A DNA stretch of 64,000 nucleotides, taken from NCBI GenBank assembly GCA_902547215.1, contig CACCNI010000002.1, positions 25,216-89,215 on the forward strand, read 5' to 3'. The notes beneath the pieces are model-generated. The model was not told the DNA's origin. It saw only the letters and a list, made by a program, of their open reading frames with translations, and made no database searches. The first letter of the stretch is position 1. Each line of letters opens with the position of its first letter. Of this stretch, positions 28,125 through 37,261 are shown piece after piece. This DNA is from an uncultured Pelagibacteraceae bacterium (GTDB lineage Bacteria > Pseudomonadota > Alphaproteobacteria > Pelagibacterales > Pelagibacteraceae). The position numbers were made by a program, and so were the translations under genes.

Positions 28125-28837
28125 TTTATTCCAATCACCTCAAGTTTAGCGGTTTTTTTTATTAAATTTATCGTTTTTCTAATATCCATAATAATTACTT
28201 TTTTCTTTGGACCATAAGCATGTATCAACTTTTTTTTTGATAAACATACAGCTACATGTCCTTTCCAAAAAATAATTGCATTTTTTTTAATTGATCTTGA
28301 TTTCTTGAAGTACTTAAATTGAGGCCCTGTGTCCCTTGGACAATAAAGATTGTTAAATTTATAAAACAGCTGAACTAGTCCTGAGCAATCAACTCCATCA
28401 AATTTTTTTCCACCCCATTTGTATTTCACGTTTTTAAAAATAGTTATTTTATTAAATATTTTTTCTCTAAAATTTAAAGGGACAACATCAGACTTTTGTA
28501 TCCAATAGTTATCAAAATTTAAAAAATTGTTTTTTCTAGATTTGATTTGCAATAATGAAGCAAAACTTAGTTTCATCTTAATTTTCGAACTTTTAAAAGG
28601 TTTTGAAAAAACGTTTGCCTTTAAAGAAGATACTTTATGAGTTGGTTTATGCGCAAATTCTTTAAATTTTTTTGGTTTTATAAATCCTACATATTTGTCA
28701 TAATCTGTTTTAATTTTGTACCAATCTTTATATTTCTTTAAAATTGAGAACTTTTCTCCGTAGAGAATTTGAGAAGATAGTTTAGAATTTTTTTTTTTAT
28801 CTTCGTATATGTTTATGGATGAATATTTACTAATCAT
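28121..28837 (-). CDS. SH3b + NlpC/P60 peptidase (YkfC/dipeptidyl-peptidase VI-like); likely start ATG 28837
   Basis: SQILYGE SH3-like region, YKWGG, DCSG catalytic Cys, GHVA, IHA; ATGA overlap with the ampG stop. Confidence 0.85.
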   Translation of the reverse strand: MISKYSSINIYEDKKKNSKLSSQILYGEKFSILKKYKDWYKIKTDYDKYVGFIKPKKFKEFAHKPTHKVSSLKANVFSKPFKSSKIKMKLSFASLLQIKSRKNNFLNFDNYWIQKSDVVPLNFREKIFNKITIFKNVKYKWGGKKFDGVDCSGLVQLFYKFNNLYCPRDTGPQFKYFKKSRSIKKNAIIFWKGHVAVCLSKKKLIHAYGPKKKVIIMDIRKTINLIKKTAKLEVIGIK

Positions 28838-30303
28838 TTGTCTTTTATAGGTGCAATTATACCTATCCAATAGATTAAAAATAGCACCGGCATTCCCAAT
28901 AAAGCGGTGAGTATGAAATAGTTAGTATAACCCATTACATCAACCCATGCACCAGAATATCCCGCTATAAGTTTAGGTAAAAATAACATAATTGAACTAA
29001 ACAAAGCATATTGTGTTGCAGTAAACTTTATTGATGTTAATCCAGATAAGTAAATTACAAAAGCAGCTCCAGCAAATCCACTTGATATATTGTCTGCTGT
29101 AATTACCATGATTAAATAATTAATATTTGCATCAACTGTTGCTAGCCAAGCGAATAGTAAGTTGCTTAGGGATGCAATTAGGGCACCTAAAAATAGAGCT
29201 TTCATTGTGCCTTTTTTAGAGGCAAAATAGCCTCCTAATAAACCACCAGCGATAGTTGCAAAAACTCCAAAAAACTTCGAGTATGTCGCAATGTCTTTTA
29301 TTGAGTAGCCTTTTTCTAAATAAAATATATTCGCCATTACACCCATTACAACATCGGCAATTCTGTATAGAGAGATGAGCAAAAGAATAATTAGTGCAAA
29401 TTTTCCATATTTCTTTATGAAATTTGTTATTGGTGCAATATAACTTTCAGCTATCATTTTTTTCTCAATTATTTTTAGCTTTGTCATTAAGACCAACAAA
29501 ACTCCTGAGACTGAAAAACATAAAGATAGCTTTAAACAAGTAAGAAAAAAAATTAATAAATTATTTTCTTTAACAGCGAAACTGATATTTGAGTAAAGAT
29601 AAATAAATACTGTGATAGTGAACAATATAGATAAAAAGAAAATCAAGTGGTTGTTAGTTTTTTTAAAAATATTTTTTCTTATCTTTGGCTCATTCGAAGT
29701 TAGATTGGCAAATATACCAATCGCCATAAATAAAGCCATTATGCAATAAACTTTTTGCCATACGATCTGATCGTAGTTATCTGAACCAAAATAAGAAGCT
29801 AACCACAAACTCCCAGCCCCACTTACTAGCATTCCAACTCTATATCCCGCTATATACATCGAAGATAAATATCCCTGTTTGCTCTGAGAAACTGACTCAA
29901 TCCTAAATGCGTCAATTATAATATCTTGAGATGCACTAAAAAAAGCCAATAGAACAATAAAAAAAGCTGTTGTATATAAATTTTTTTGTGGATCGGTAAA
30001 TGAAGTGAGTATTAAAGATAAAATAATTAAAATCTGAATTAATAAAAGCCAACTTCGTCTATGACCAAATTTCTTAAATACTGGTAGACTAAATCTATCT
30101 ATTATTGGAGACCATAGGTACTTAAAGGCGTATGCGAAGCCTGCCCAACTAAATAGAGTTATTGTACTTCTCTCTACACCGGCTTTAGATAACCAAACTG
30201 ATAAAGTTGAGAACACTAATAATATTGGTAAGCCAGAGGAAAAACCAAACAAAAGCATTTTTAATGATTTTTCCTTAAAGAAGTAATAAAAATTGTCAGT
30301 CAA
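28834..30303 (-). CDS. ampG: AmpG-family muropeptide MFS permease
   Basis: GFSSGLP, KYLWSP, RRSW, SASQDIIIDAFRIE, TATQYALFSS. Confidence 0.92.
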   Translation of the reverse strand: MTDNFYYFFKEKSLKMLLFGFSSGLPILLVFSTLSVWLSKAGVERSTITLFSWAGFAYAFKYLWSPIIDRFSLPVFKKFGHRRSWLLLIQILIILSLILTSFTDPQKNLYTTAFFIVLLAFFSASQDIIIDAFRIESVSQSKQGYLSSMYIAGYRVGMLVSGAGSLWLASYFGSDNYDQIVWQKVYCIMALFMAIGIFANLTSNEPKIRKNIFKKTNNHLIFFLSILFTITVFIYLYSNISFAVKENNLLIFFLTCLKLSLCFSVSGVLLVLMTKLKIIEKKMIAESYIAPITNFIKKYGKFALIILLLISLYRIADVVMGVMANIFYLEKGYSIKDIATYSKFFGVFATIAGGLLGGYFASKKGTMKALFLGALIASLSNLLFAWLATVDANINYLIMVITADNISSGFAGAAFVIYLSGLTSIKFTATQYALFSSIMLFLPKLIAGYSGAWVDVMGYTNYFILTALLGMPVLFLIYWIGIIAPIKDK

Positions 30304-31749
30304 TTAATTTCTCCAAAATGATGGTAAAAAAATTACTAAAATTGCAAAAATTTCTAAACGTCCTAAAATCATTCCAGCAGACAAAATCCATTTTGATACA
30401 GCGGGTAAACTTGCATAATTACTATTAGGCCCAATCTCGTTACCTAGTCCAGGTCCGACGTTTGATATTGAAGACGCGGCCCCCGAAATTGCTGTAATAA
30501 AGTTTAAACCCGTAAGTGTTAAAAGAGCAGATATCACAAAGAAAATTGTAATATAAAGATAAATAAACGATATAATTGAAGCGATCAATTTATCTTGAAC
30601 TATATCATTATTATATTTCAAATTAATAATTGCTCTAGGATATATTATTTTAAGTAATTGATTCTTTAAAAAGAAATAAAGCATATGAACTCTAAATACT
30701 TTAATACCACATGTAGTCGATCCCGCACAGCCACCTATAAACATAAGTAATAAAAAAAATATTAAAGGAAAATTACCCCATTGATCAAATTCTTTAGTGA
30801 CATAACCGGTTCCTGTTAATATTGAAACAACATTAAAGATAATTGCTCTTAATTGAATTTCAAAAATACTTTTATTAACGATTGCCAAATAAATAAAAAG
30901 TATAAAAATTGAAAAAAATATTAACTTCAAGAATAATTTTATTTGCTCATCTTTAAATACTATTTTCCTATTACCAGATAAAAATTTAATATATGAAATA
31001 AATGGGATACTACCTAAAATTATAAAGACTATAGAAACATACTCAATTTTGGCACTTTCGAAAAATCCTATTGACTGGTTATAATTCGAAAAACCTCCTG
31101 TAGCAATAGTAGTCATCGAGTGAGTTAAGCTATCAAAGAAATTCATTCCACAAACTTTATAAAAAAATGCACAAAGCAAAGTTAATGAAAAATAGATCAG
31201 AACTAATCTTAGAGAAATTTGTTTTGATTTGGGAAGTATTTTTTCTGAACTATCTCCACTCGAAATTTTCATTAGCTGCATACCACCGATGTTCATTATA
31301 GGCATTAAGGTAATTGCCATTACAATGATCCCAATTCCACCTAACCATTGGAGCATTGCCCTCCAGCCTAAAATCGCCTTAGGAGTGTCAGATAAATTAT
31401 TGATAATTGTAGCTCCAGTAGTTGTAATTCCAGACATACTTTCAAAGAAAGCGTCGGTTAAAGATAGGTTTAAGTCTGAAAATATAAATGGAATAGATCC
31501 GAATATTGCAACTCCTATCCAAGATAATGCGGTGAGGAGAAAGGCCTGCTGAGTACTTAGGCTTTTGTTATGATCGATATTGGCTAAAAAAAATAAAGAA
31601 CCAAAAGTAATTGTAATTATTGAAGATATTATAAAGGTAGAATTAAACTCACTATAAATTAATTGTATAATAATAGGAACTAACATTGAAAAACCTAATA
31701 CAATCAACAATACACCTAAAGTAAAAAAAACTGTTTTATAATTGGACAT
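30304..31749 (-). CDS. trkH: Trk potassium uptake membrane protein
   Basis: FFESMSGITTTG, TIATGGFS, GGCAGST, NVGPG, GRLE. Confidence 0.95.
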   Translation of the reverse strand: MSNYKTVFFTLGVLLIVLGFSMLVPIIIQLIYSEFNSTFIISSIITITFGSLFFLANIDHNKSLSTQQAFLLTALSWIGVAIFGSIPFIFSDLNLSLTDAFFESMSGITTTGATIINNLSDTPKAILGWRAMLQWLGGIGIIVMAITLMPIMNIGGMQLMKISSGDSSEKILPKSKQISLRLVLIYFSLTLLCAFFYKVCGMNFFDSLTHSMTTIATGGFSNYNQSIGFFESAKIEYVSIVFIILGSIPFISYIKFLSGNRKIVFKDEQIKLFLKLIFFSIFILFIYLAIVNKSIFEIQLRAIIFNVVSILTGTGYVTKEFDQWGNFPLIFFLLLMFIGGCAGSTTCGIKVFRVHMLYFFLKNQLLKIIYPRAIINLKYNNDIVQDKLIASIISFIYLYITIFFVISALLTLTGLNFITAISGAASSISNVGPGLGNEIGPNSNYASLPAVSKWILSAGMILGRLEIFAILVIFLPSFWRN

Positions 31750-31836
31750 TTAATTTGAACATTATTTTATGGAAAATAAATTTCAACATTATATGAATTT
31801 AAATATAAGCTAATTATACAATAAATTCGTTTTTTG

Positions 31837-33405
31837 ATGAAAGAAATTAACAAACAAGACATTGAAAAATCAAACTCATGGCCAATCGTTGAGGCAAAAA
31901 AAATTTTGAAAGAGAGAAAGTCCTTCATTGAAAAAAAAGGAAAGATAGTTCTTCAAACTGGTTATGGTCCATCCGGGTTACCTCACATAGGAACTTTTGG
32001 TGAGGTGGCACGTACATCAATGGTAGTAAATGCATTAAATTTATTAACAGACTTACCTAAAGAAATTATAACATTTTCAGATGATATGGATGGCCTCAGA
32101 AAAGTACCAGATAATGTGCCTAATAAAAAAATTTTAACTGACAATCTACATAAACCACTAACTGTTGTTCCAGATCCTTTCCAAGAGTTCAATAGTTTCG
32201 GTGAACATAATAATGAAATGTTAAAAAAGTTTTTAGATCAATTTAATTTCAAATATAATTTTTTAAGCTCAACAAAGTTATATAAAAGTGGTTTCTTTAA
32301 CGAACCACTTAAAAAAATTCTAGAAAATTATGAAGGGATAATGAACATTATAATTCCAACTCTTGGTAAAGAAAGACAAAAAACCTACAGTCCTTTTTTA
32401 CCGATATGTCCAAAAACTGGTCAAGTTTTGGAAATTCCAGTTTTGGAAATAGATAAATCAAAATCTTGTATTACATTCGATAATAAAGGAGAGAAAATTA
32501 ATGTCAGTATTCTTGATGGTAAATGCAAACTTCAATGGAAAGTAGATTGGGCAATGCGTTGGTACGCTTTAGACGTTGATTTTGAGATGTATGGAAAAGA
32601 CTTAATTGAAAGTGCAATCCTATCAACAAAAATTGTGAAACTTTTAGGTAAAAAAAATCCATCAGGTTTTGCTTATGAATTATTTTTAGATGAAAAAGGA
32701 GAAAAAATTTCAAAGTCAAAAGGTAATGGTGTTACAATTGAGGAATGGTTAAAATATGCTTCTCCAGAAAGTCTATCCTTATTTATGTTCCAGAATCCAA
32801 AACGAGCAAAAAAACTTTATAAAGAAATTGTGCCGAAAGCGGTCGATGAATATTTAGATTGTATAGAAAAAAGTAAAAATCAGTCAAATAAAGAAATTTT
32901 ATTGAATCCAGTTTGGCATGTTCATAACGGAAATATTCCTGATGAAAAAAAAATTATGAGCTATTCAATGTTATTAAATTTGGTTGAAACAAGTAATGCT
33001 AATTCAAAAGATGTTTTATGGAAATTTGTTGAAAGGTACGCAAAAGACCTAAATAAAAAAGACTATCCAATATTTGATAAGTTAATTGAATACTCAATAA
33101 CATATTTTAATGACATTGCTAAAAGAAATAAAATATACAAAAATCCAAATGATGAGGAGAAAAAAGCGTTATTAAATTTAATTAAGATGTTAGAGAATTC
33201 TCCAGATAACCTTGAACCAGAAGATATTCAAACAAATATTTATACTGTTGGAAAAGAAAATGGTTATAAAGAAAATTTGAGGGACTGGTTCAAATTAATA
33301 TACGAAGTAGTATTTGGAGTTGAAAATGGACCTAGGTTAGGTTTTTTTATAAGCTTCTTTGGTGTAAAAAATACTATTAAATTGATAAAAGAAAAAATTA
33401 ATTAA
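31837..33405 (+). CDS. lysS: Lysine--tRNA ligase, class I (start ATG 31837)
   Basis: GYGPSGLPHIGT (HIGH-like), KLQWKVDW, KISKSKGN (KMSKS-like), GPRLG. Confidence 0.95.
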   Translation: MKEINKQDIEKSNSWPIVEAKKILKERKSFIEKKGKIVLQTGYGPSGLPHIGTFGEVARTSMVVNALNLLTDLPKEIITFSDDMDGLRKVPDNVPNKKILTDNLHKPLTVVPDPFQEFNSFGEHNNEMLKKFLDQFNFKYNFLSSTKLYKSGFFNEPLKKILENYEGIMNIIIPTLGKERQKTYSPFLPICPKTGQVLEIPVLEIDKSKSCITFDNKGEKINVSILDGKCKLQWKVDWAMRWYALDVDFEMYGKDLIESAILSTKIVKLLGKKNPSGFAYELFLDEKGEKISKSKGNGVTIEEWLKYASPESLSLFMFQNPKRAKKLYKEIVPKAVDEYLDCIEKSKNQSNKEILLNPVWHVHNGNIPDEKKIMSYSMLLNLVETSNANSKDVLWKFVERYAKDLNKKDYPIFDKLIEYSITYFNDIAKRNKIYKNPNDEEKKALLNLIKMLENSPDNLEPEDIQTNIYTVGKENGYKENLRDWFKLIYEVVFGVENGPRLGFFISFFGVKNTIKLIKEKIN

Positions 33406-34442
33406 TGTTTTCTAAAATAAGACCTTTTATTTTTAAGCTAGATCCTGAATTAGCGCATAATCTTGCAATAAAAGCACTTAAAACAAATTTAATTGTTAAA
33501 GATTATAAAAAGAATGAATTAATTCTAAAAACTAAATTATTTGGAAAAGAAATTCCGAATCCAATTGGTATAGCTGCTGGATTTGATAAAAATGCAGAAG
33601 TTTACAATCCTTTATTTAAACTTGGTTTCGGTTTTGTAGAAATTGGTACTGTTACTCCTTTAAGTCAGTACGGTAATCCAAAACCTCGAGTTTTTAGATT
33701 AGAGGAAGATTGTGCTCTAATAAATCGATTGGGCTTTAATAATAATGGGGCTGATGATGCAAGATCAAGAATAATCAAAAAAAAACCTATAGGGATGCTC
33801 GGAGTAAACATAGGACCCAATTGGAACTCAGAAAATAAAATTGAAGATTATTTAAATTGTTTAAGGAAGTTTCATGATATTGCTGATTATATAACAATAA
33901 ATATTTCATCACCAAATACGGAGAATTTAAGAGATTTTCATAACAATGAAGAATTAAAAAATTTGTTGGAAAGTATTCATAACGAAAGAGAAAAATTGAA
34001 AAGTGATATTCCGATAGCCATTAAAATATCACCCGATATTAATCAGAAAAAAGTCGAGGAAATCTGTAGATTAATTTTGGATTATGATATTAAGGCCGTA
34101 ATTGTCTCTAATACGACAGATGGTAATCGTGACAGTTTGAAAAATCACAAGAAATTTCAAAAAGGAGGACTTTCAGGAAAACCTTTGAATGAAATATCTA
34201 ATAAATTAATAAACAATTTTTATAAAATATTAAATAATAAGATAGATATAATTGGTGTAGGAGGGGTGGACTCTGGTGAGACAGCTTATCAAAAGTTTAT
34301 GCATGGTGCAAAATTTGTGCAACTTTATACAGGTATGGTTTTTCATGGTCCAAAAATTGTTAGCAAAATTTCAGAAGAGTTAAATAATATTCTTGAAACT
34401 AATAATGTAAAAAAATTAAGCGATATTATTGGAAAAATTTAA
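33405..34442 (+). CDS. pyrD: Dihydroorotate dehydrogenase (quinone, class 2)
   Basis: AAGFDKN, GNPKPRVFRL, NISSPNT, KISPD, GGLSG. Confidence 0.96.
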   Translation: MFSKIRPFIFKLDPELAHNLAIKALKTNLIVKDYKKNELILKTKLFGKEIPNPIGIAAGFDKNAEVYNPLFKLGFGFVEIGTVTPLSQYGNPKPRVFRLEEDCALINRLGFNNNGADDARSRIIKKKPIGMLGVNIGPNWNSENKIEDYLNCLRKFHDIADYITINISSPNTENLRDFHNNEELKNLLESIHNEREKLKSDIPIAIKISPDINQKKVEEICRLILDYDIKAVIVSNTTDGNRDSLKNHKKFQKGGLSGKPLNEISNKLINNFYKILNNKIDIIGVGGVDSGETAYQKFMHGAKFVQLYTGMVFHGPKIVSKISEELNNILETNNVKKLSDIIGKI

Positions 34443-34451
34443 AATATCGAC

Positions 34452-34480
34452 TTGACTGACAACTAAACTACATTTATACC
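34452..34480 (+). promoter_or_regulatory. sigma70 promoter of rpmB-yhhQ
   Basis: TTGACT-N17-TATACC ending 12 nt before the rpmB ATG. Confidence 0.6.
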
Positions 34481-34492
34481 ACGTTAACCATC

Positions 34493-34774
34493 ATGACAAA
34501 AAAATGTGAACTTACTGGCAAAAGACCCTTAAAGGGTCACAAAGTTAGCCATGCAAACAATAAAGTTAAGAGAAGATTTTTACCTGGGATTAAAAAAGTA
34601 AATTTTAAGAGCGATATTTTGAACAAAAGCTTAAGATTAAATGTCTCAAATTCTGCAATGCGATCAATTGATAAAAAAGGTAGTTTTGATCAATTTATGA
34701 AAGAGGTTAAATCAAAATACCTATCGGATAGACTTAAAAAAGTTAAAAAAAGTATTCTGCAAAAATCTGCTTAA
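34493..34774 (+). CDS. rpmB: 50S ribosomal protein L28
   Basis: CELTGK...VSHANNKVKRRFLP. Confidence 0.96.
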   Translation: MTKKCELTGKRPLKGHKVSHANNKVKRRFLPGIKKVNFKSDILNKSLRLNVSNSAMRSIDKKGSFDQFMKEVKSKYLSDRLKKVKKSILQKSA

Positions 34775-35328
34775 TGAATAAAATTTTTCTAACCCTGTCT
34801 TTTTTTATGGGTTTGGTGGTTTTAGCATCAAACTACTTAGTTCAATTTCCAATAAAATATTACGGTTTAGATCAATTGTTAACATATGGTGCTTTTAGTT
34901 ATCCTATAGCCTTTTTAATTACAGATTTAGCAAATAGATCATACGGCAAAATTGCAGCGAGAAAAATTGTATATTTTGGATTTGTAATTGGAATTAGTTT
35001 TACGTTGTTTTTCTCAACTAATTTTGATGATTTAATATCAGTTAGAATTGCAATTGGATCAGGATCAGCATTTTTAGTTGCTCAACTTTTGGATGTTCAA
35101 GTGTTTGATAAGTTGAGAAAAAAACGATGGTTCATTGCTCCGTTAACCTCATCTCTTATCGGATCCACAGTTGATACCTTCTTATTCTTTTCAATTTCTT
35201 TTTATGCAACTGGTGTTCCTTGGGTTACTTTATCTTTAGGTGATCTAGCAGTAAAAATATTTGTTGCATTAGTAATGTTAATACCTTTTAGATTATTATT
35301 AGGCACTCTAAAGCCAGTTCAAAGTTAA
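34774..35328 (+). CDS. yhhQ: Queuosine precursor transporter (VUT/YhhQ family)
   Basis: SNYLVQ, YPIAFLITD, AQLLDVQVFD, DTFLFF. Confidence 0.85.
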   Translation: MNKIFLTLSFFMGLVVLASNYLVQFPIKYYGLDQLLTYGAFSYPIAFLITDLANRSYGKIAARKIVYFGFVIGISFTLFFSTNFDDLISVRIAIGSGSAFLVAQLLDVQVFDKLRKKRWFIAPLTSSLIGSTVDTFLFFSISFYATGVPWVTLSLGDLAVKIFVALVMLIPFRLLLGTLKPVQS

Positions 35329-36200
35329 TACAAAAATTTATAAGATAAAATTTTATAGACCAATTTAGCCGCAAGGAAATTATATGAATTAAAACCCTTA
35401 ATAGGCGAAAGTTCATTTAAGTCTGCACCAACAATATTTGAATTTTTCGCAGCGATCTTAAGAATACTCAATGTTTCATCCCAAAATAAACCACCAGGCT
35501 CAGGTGTACCAGTTGCCGGCATAATGCCCGAGTCTAATCCATCAACATCGAAAGTAATATAAGTATCTTTATTTTTTATTAATCTTTTAAATTTATTTAA
35601 ATCCCATTTACCTTTATCCTTAGCCCAAAATATTTTTATTCTTTTTGAATTTCTTTTTAAAAATGGAATTTCTTCTTTAGATATATTTCTTATACCAAAA
35701 GAAATAACTGAAACGTTTGGATAATCTAAACATCTTCTAATTGCAGATGCATGTGAAAATTTTTCTCCATTATAACTATCTCTTAAATCCGCATGAGCAT
35801 CAAAGTGCAAAAGACAAATATTTTTGAACTTTTTAGTAAAAGGAGCAATACATCCAGGAGTTATTGAATGCTCTCCTCCTAATGTCATAGGGAATAATTT
35901 TTTTTCCAAGATGCCTTGATTAATTTTTGACATTACGCTGAGAGCTTTTTTAACATTTTTTTCTATTTTAAAAGGTTTTAAAGTTTTAATTCCAATTTTC
36001 TTGAAAGGTTCACAATTTAATTCTTCATCATAAAGCTCAACTTGATGGGAGGCTTTAATAATTTCTTTTGGTCCATTTCTGGTACCTCCTCCATAGCTCA
36101 CAGTTTTTTCCAGACCAAATGGAATAACAATTACTTTTTCTTTAAAGTTAAATTTATTATCGATACCTAGAAAACCATTTTTGTTTGAAAGAAATTTCAT
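35325..36200 (-). CDS. speB: Agmatinase-family ureohydrolase
   Basis: GGEHSIT, DAHADL, DVDGLD, TGTPEPGG. Confidence 0.92.
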   Translation of the reverse strand: MKFLSNKNGFLGIDNKFNFKEKVIVIPFGLEKTVSYGGGTRNGPKEIIKASHQVELYDEELNCEPFKKIGIKTLKPFKIEKNVKKALSVMSKINQGILEKKLFPMTLGGEHSITPGCIAPFTKKFKNICLLHFDAHADLRDSYNGEKFSHASAIRRCLDYPNVSVISFGIRNISKEEIPFLKRNSKRIKIFWAKDKGKWDLNKFKRLIKNKDTYITFDVDGLDSGIMPATGTPEPGGLFWDETLSILKIAAKNSNIVGADLNELSPIKGFNSYNFLAAKLVYKILSYKFLY

Positions 36201-36217
36201 CTCGGAATCCTATTCTA

Positions 36218-37261
36218 TCAAGAAAATATTTTTGAAAAATTTTTTCTTTCTCTCTTTTTCCATTCACCTTTATGATAAGCATCACTAGCAATTAAAGGCA
36301 GTACACTAGTTGCTTCAGCAAAAACCATCTGTTCTTTTGTTATATCTACTTTTCCCCAAGAACTAGCCTCTTTAAGAGTAGAACTACTACATGCCCCGTC
36401 TCTTGAGTCTGCGACAGTTATTTGAATTGCGTATTTATGCATCTCTACTTCTTTACCTAATAATTCAGCACAAATAACTGTGTCTTGAATGAAATTTTTT
36501 GGAACACCTCCGCCTATCATAAATAGACCAGAATTTTTTGATTTAATTTTAATTTCTGTTAATTCTCTAAATTCTCTAATTGAGTCTATCGTGATGTGTT
36601 TATTTGGATTTTTTTCTTGATGCATGACTAGTCCAAAACCAGCGCTAGAGTCAGTAAAAGCAGGGCAAAAAATAGGAACATTATTATCAAATGCTGTTTC
36701 TATTAATGAACCTTTTTTTTTTGAATTATCTTTTAAATATCTACCCATTTCATAAATAAATTCTCTAGAGGTATAGGTTTTTGGGGGTAATTTATCAGCT
36801 ATTTCACATATAATCTTATCACACATTTGTAATTCATCTTCATCAATATAAGTATCGTAAATTCTATCAATGTAATTTTTTCTAAGTTCACTATCATCCT
36901 GAAATTGTGAACCTTGATAATGTTTAAAACCCAAACCCTCAAAAAAATCCATATCAACTATAGAAGCGCCAGTAGCAACGATAGCATCCACCATATTATA
37001 TTTGACCATATCTTTATAAATGTTCATGCATCCTGCAGCAGATGTTGATCCAGCAAGTGTTAAAAAAATTGTGCAGTTTTTATCCTTTAACATTTCATTA
37101 AAAATACTTGCAGCGTTTCCGGTTTCTCTGGAGACAAAAGACATTTTTTGCATTGAGGATATAATATCTCGAGAGTCAAAAGAAGTTATGTCAATGTGCT
37201 CTACAGGTTTGTTAAGAAAACTTTTTTTTGTATTGTGGCCTAAATTTTTCTTCTCTGACAT
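36218..37261 (-). CDS. Deoxyhypusine synthase-like protein (probable aminobutyltransferase)
   Basis: IDRIYD, PIFCPAFTDS, GGGVPK, DGACSS..EASSWGK with the conserved active-site Lys. Confidence 0.9.
   Translation of the reverse strand: MSEKKNLGHNTKKSFLNKPVEHIDITSFDSRDIISSMQKMSFVSRETGNAASIFNEMLKDKNCTIFLTLAGSTSAAGCMNIYKDMVKYNMVDAIVATGASIVDMDFFEGLGFKHYQGSQFQDDSELRKNYIDRIYDTYIDEDELQMCDKIICEIADKLPPKTYTSREFIYEMGRYLKDNSKKKGSLIETAFDNNVPIFCPAFTDSSAGFGLVMHQEKNPNKHITIDSIREFRELTEIKIKSKNSGLFMIGGGVPKNFIQDTVICAELLGKEVEMHKYAIQITVADSRDGACSSSTLKEASSWGKVDITKEQMVFAEATSVLPLIASDAYHKGEWKKRERKNFSKIFS

Noticed and set aside
31837-33405. Class I (archaeal-type) LysRS as a sign of recent horizontal transfer
   Set aside because: Class I LysRS is the normal form in many alphaproteobacteria, and the gene sits in a core context.
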